Assembly (NCBI GenBank): GCA_965263255.1
Contig: CBDHHA010000008.1
Coordinates: 4,549,987 to 4,613,986, forward strand
Direction: 5' to 3'
DNA: 64,000 bases
Source of the DNA: Bryobacterales bacterium
GTDB taxonomy: Bacteria; Acidobacteriota; Terriglobia; Bryobacterales; UBA6623
The position numbers and the translations under genes are program-made. Shown here one piece after another: positions 62,213 to 64,000 of the stretch; within the stretch, counting starts at the first letter, position 1; the number at the start of each line of letters is the position of its first letter. Below the pieces are notes generated by a model, which did no database searches, was not told the origin of the DNA, and saw nothing but the letters and a program-made list of their open reading frames with translations.

Positions 62213-62752
62213 ATGGACCCCTCCCTGCAGCGAATCGACGTCAAGCTGTTGCTTGACGCCCCGGTCGATCCCGATCTCGACCCGTTCCTAGTCATCTTCG
62301 ACCGGTGGCGCAAGCAGTCCGGCCACCCGTCGGACTGGGTGGACCTCGCCGACTACGCGCACATGCCGAGCGGCCCGGGAATCCTCCTCGCGGGCAAGCG
62401 GGACTCCTTTTCCGTCAACTTGAACCCGCCCGGCCCGGGGTTGCTCACGAGCGTCCGCGCCGGCCTGGAAGGCTCTATGGAGGATCGCTTCCGGGAGGCC
62501 TTCCGGCGCGCCCGTGAACTGAACTCGGCCCTTCTCGCGGAGCCCGAATTCCCCTCTGCGCTGCGGGTATCCGAGGGTGCCTGGGAGGTGTTCGTGAATG
62601 ACCGGCTCCGCTTTCCCAACACCGTGGAATCCGACAGGGTCATCCGACCCGCCTTGGCGGCCGCGCTGGGCGTGTCCGCAGATTCCCTCTCGCGCCATCC
62701 GCGGCGCGATGCCCGCCTCGGCTATTCCATCCGGCCGGGTGGAGAAGCCTGA
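62213..62752 (+). CDS. Hypothetical protein, possibly co-transcribed with the sulfite reductase
   Basis: ATG lies 16 nt after the reductase stop. The protein is 179 aa with no signal peptide, no motif I recognise, and host-like GC3 bias. Confidence 0.5.
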   Translation: MDPSLQRIDVKLLLDAPVDPDLDPFLVIFDRWRKQSGHPSDWVDLADYAHMPSGPGILLAGKRDSFSVNLNPPGPGLLTSVRAGLEGSMEDRFREAFRRARELNSALLAEPEFPSALRVSEGAWEVFVNDRLRFPNTVESDRVIRPALAAALGVSADSLSRHPRRDARLGYSIRPGGEA

Positions 62753-62873
62753 ATCCCCAGCGGGTTGGACTTCCCGCGCCGGTGGTATTCTCAAGGTTCG
62801 GGCCTCCGCGCGTGCGCGAACCGGCCACTAAGCGCCCTGCCAACCCCTGCCTGCGGGGCTCCTTCCTAGGCTC

Positions 62874-63776
62874 ATGCTGACGTTCCAGGAAATCGTCATG
62901 CGGCTCAAGGCCTACTGGGCACGCCAGGGCTGCATCATCCAGGAGCCATTCGACTGCGAGGTTGGGGCCGGGACCATGTGCCCGGAGACGTTCCTGCGGG
63001 TGCTCGGGACGGAGCCCTACCGAGTGGCCTACGTGCAGCCGAGCCGCCGCCCTGCGGACGGGCGCTACGGCGAGAATCCCAACCGGCTCTACAAGCACAT
63101 GCAGCTGCAGGTCATTCTGAAGCCTGCTCCCGAGGACGTTGTCGAGCTGTATCTCAAGAGCCTCGAGGAAATCGGAATCGACCTTTCGGTCCATGACTGC
63201 AAGCTCGAGGAGGACAACTGGGAGTCACCCACGCTCGGTGCATGGGGCGTCGGCTGGCAGGTCATGCTGGACGGCCTAGAAATCACCCAGTTCACCTACT
63301 TCCAACAATGCGGCGGACTCGATCTGGAAGTGGTTCCGGCCGAGCTGACCTACGGCCTGGAGAGGCTGACCGCGTTCATCCAGGGCGTCGAGAGTGTCTA
63401 TGACATCCAGTGGAACGATCGCTGGACCTACGGCGACGTCAGGCTGTCCGACGAGGAGCAGTACTCCACGTACAACTTCGAGGAGGCGGACGTCGATTTC
63501 GTCTGGAAGGAATTCGATCTGCACGAGGCCGAGTGCCGGCGCTTGCTGGACCGCTACGGCGATCGCCCTGAAGGGCAGGCGAGGCAGCGTTACCCGCTGC
63601 TCGCCGCATTCGATCAGACCTTGAAGTGCTCTCACCTCTTCAATACCCTCCAGGCCCGTGGCGCCATCAGCGTCACCGAGCGTGCCCAAGTGATCCAGCG
63701 CGTGCGCAATCTGGCGGTCGGCGTGGCTACCGCGTGGGTGGACCAGCAGTGCTGCGTTACGGAGCCGGGCCCGTGA
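62874..63776 (+). CDS. glyQ: Glycine--tRNA ligase alpha subunit
   Basis: [44 protein letters not shown]...[27 protein letters not shown] is near-invariant GlyQ sequence. Confidence 0.95.
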   Translation: MLTFQEIVMRLKAYWARQGCIIQEPFDCEVGAGTMCPETFLRVLGTEPYRVAYVQPSRRPADGRYGENPNRLYKHMQLQVILKPAPEDVVELYLKSLEEIGIDLSVHDCKLEEDNWESPTLGAWGVGWQVMLDGLEITQFTYFQQCGGLDLEVVPAELTYGLERLTAFIQGVESVYDIQWNDRWTYGDVRLSDEEQYSTYNFEEADVDFVWKEFDLHEAECRRLLDRYGDRPEGQARQRYPLLAAFDQTLKCSHLFNTLQARGAISVTERAQVIQRVRNLAVGVATAWVDQQCCVTEPGP

Positions 63777-64000
63777 GCGACTTCCTCCTCGAAATCGGGA
63801 CCGAAGAGATTCCCGCCCGCATGATCGAGCGCGCCCGGGGCGAGCTGGAGCTTCGGTTCACCCAGGCACTGGGATCGGCAGGGTTGGACGGGGAGGCGAG
63901 CGTCTCCGTCGACGCGACGCCGCGACGCCTCACGGTGTTCGCCCGCGATGTCCTGCCGAAGCAGCGCGACCGCAACGAAACGCTCACCGGCCCGCCCCGG
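63773..64000 (+). CDS. glyS: Glycine--tRNA ligase beta subunit (N-terminal part, runs off the window)
   Basis: The GTG start overlaps the glyQ stop (GTGA). [21 protein letters not shown] is the canonical GlyS N-terminus. Confidence 0.85.
   Translation, partial: MSDFLLEIGTEEIPARMIERARGELELRFTQALGSAGLDGEASVSVDATPRRLTVFARDVLPKQRDRNETLTGPPR

Noticed and set aside
1-64000. CRISPR arrays, rRNA or tRNA genes, IS elements, integrases
   Set aside because: I saw no regularly spaced direct repeats, no conserved rRNA or tRNA motifs, and no transposase or recombinase-like ORFs on either strand.

Overview
High-GC bacterial chromosomal window. I call about 46 protein-coding genes and one SRP RNA. I found no rRNA, tRNA, CRISPR array, integrase or transposase. 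The gene content points to an Acidobacteriota-like organism, which is inference only: CarboxypepD_reg-type TonB-dependent outer-membrane proteins, four CRTAC1/ASPIC-UnbV FG-GAP paralogs, a PSCyt1-DUF1549-DUF1553 protein, a DUF1501-like protein and many Tat signals. Layout: (i) 0.4-17 kb holds a + strand operon of DUF1501-like, heptahaem cytochrome c, TPR and two CRTAC1 genes, followed by a giant ankyrin protein, a third CRTAC1 and a TonB-dependent receptor. (ii) 17-27.8 kb is housekeeping or mixed, including the conserved ffs-dnaX-ybaB-recR block. (iii) 27.8-29.6 kb holds an AAA_14/DUF4143 ATPase next to a strikingly AT-rich, palindrome-bearing spacer. (iv) 29.6-40.7 kb is a minus-strand locus that repeats the theme of locus (i). 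(v) 40.9-51.1 kb is an all-minus-strand transporter block. (vi) 51.3-55.3 kb is the best candidate for a poorly described system. It holds two adjacent OLD/PARIS-like modules, a split ABC-type ATPase + DUF4276 (Toprim-like) pair with locally low GC, and a fused ATPase-Toprim-like protein whose catalytic motifs look degenerate. (vii) 55.5-64 kb holds lpxC, a GlcE-like flavoprotein, an NHL propeller, an extended sulfite reductase and glyQS. All family assignments come from motifs read by eye in the supplied translations. No database search was run.
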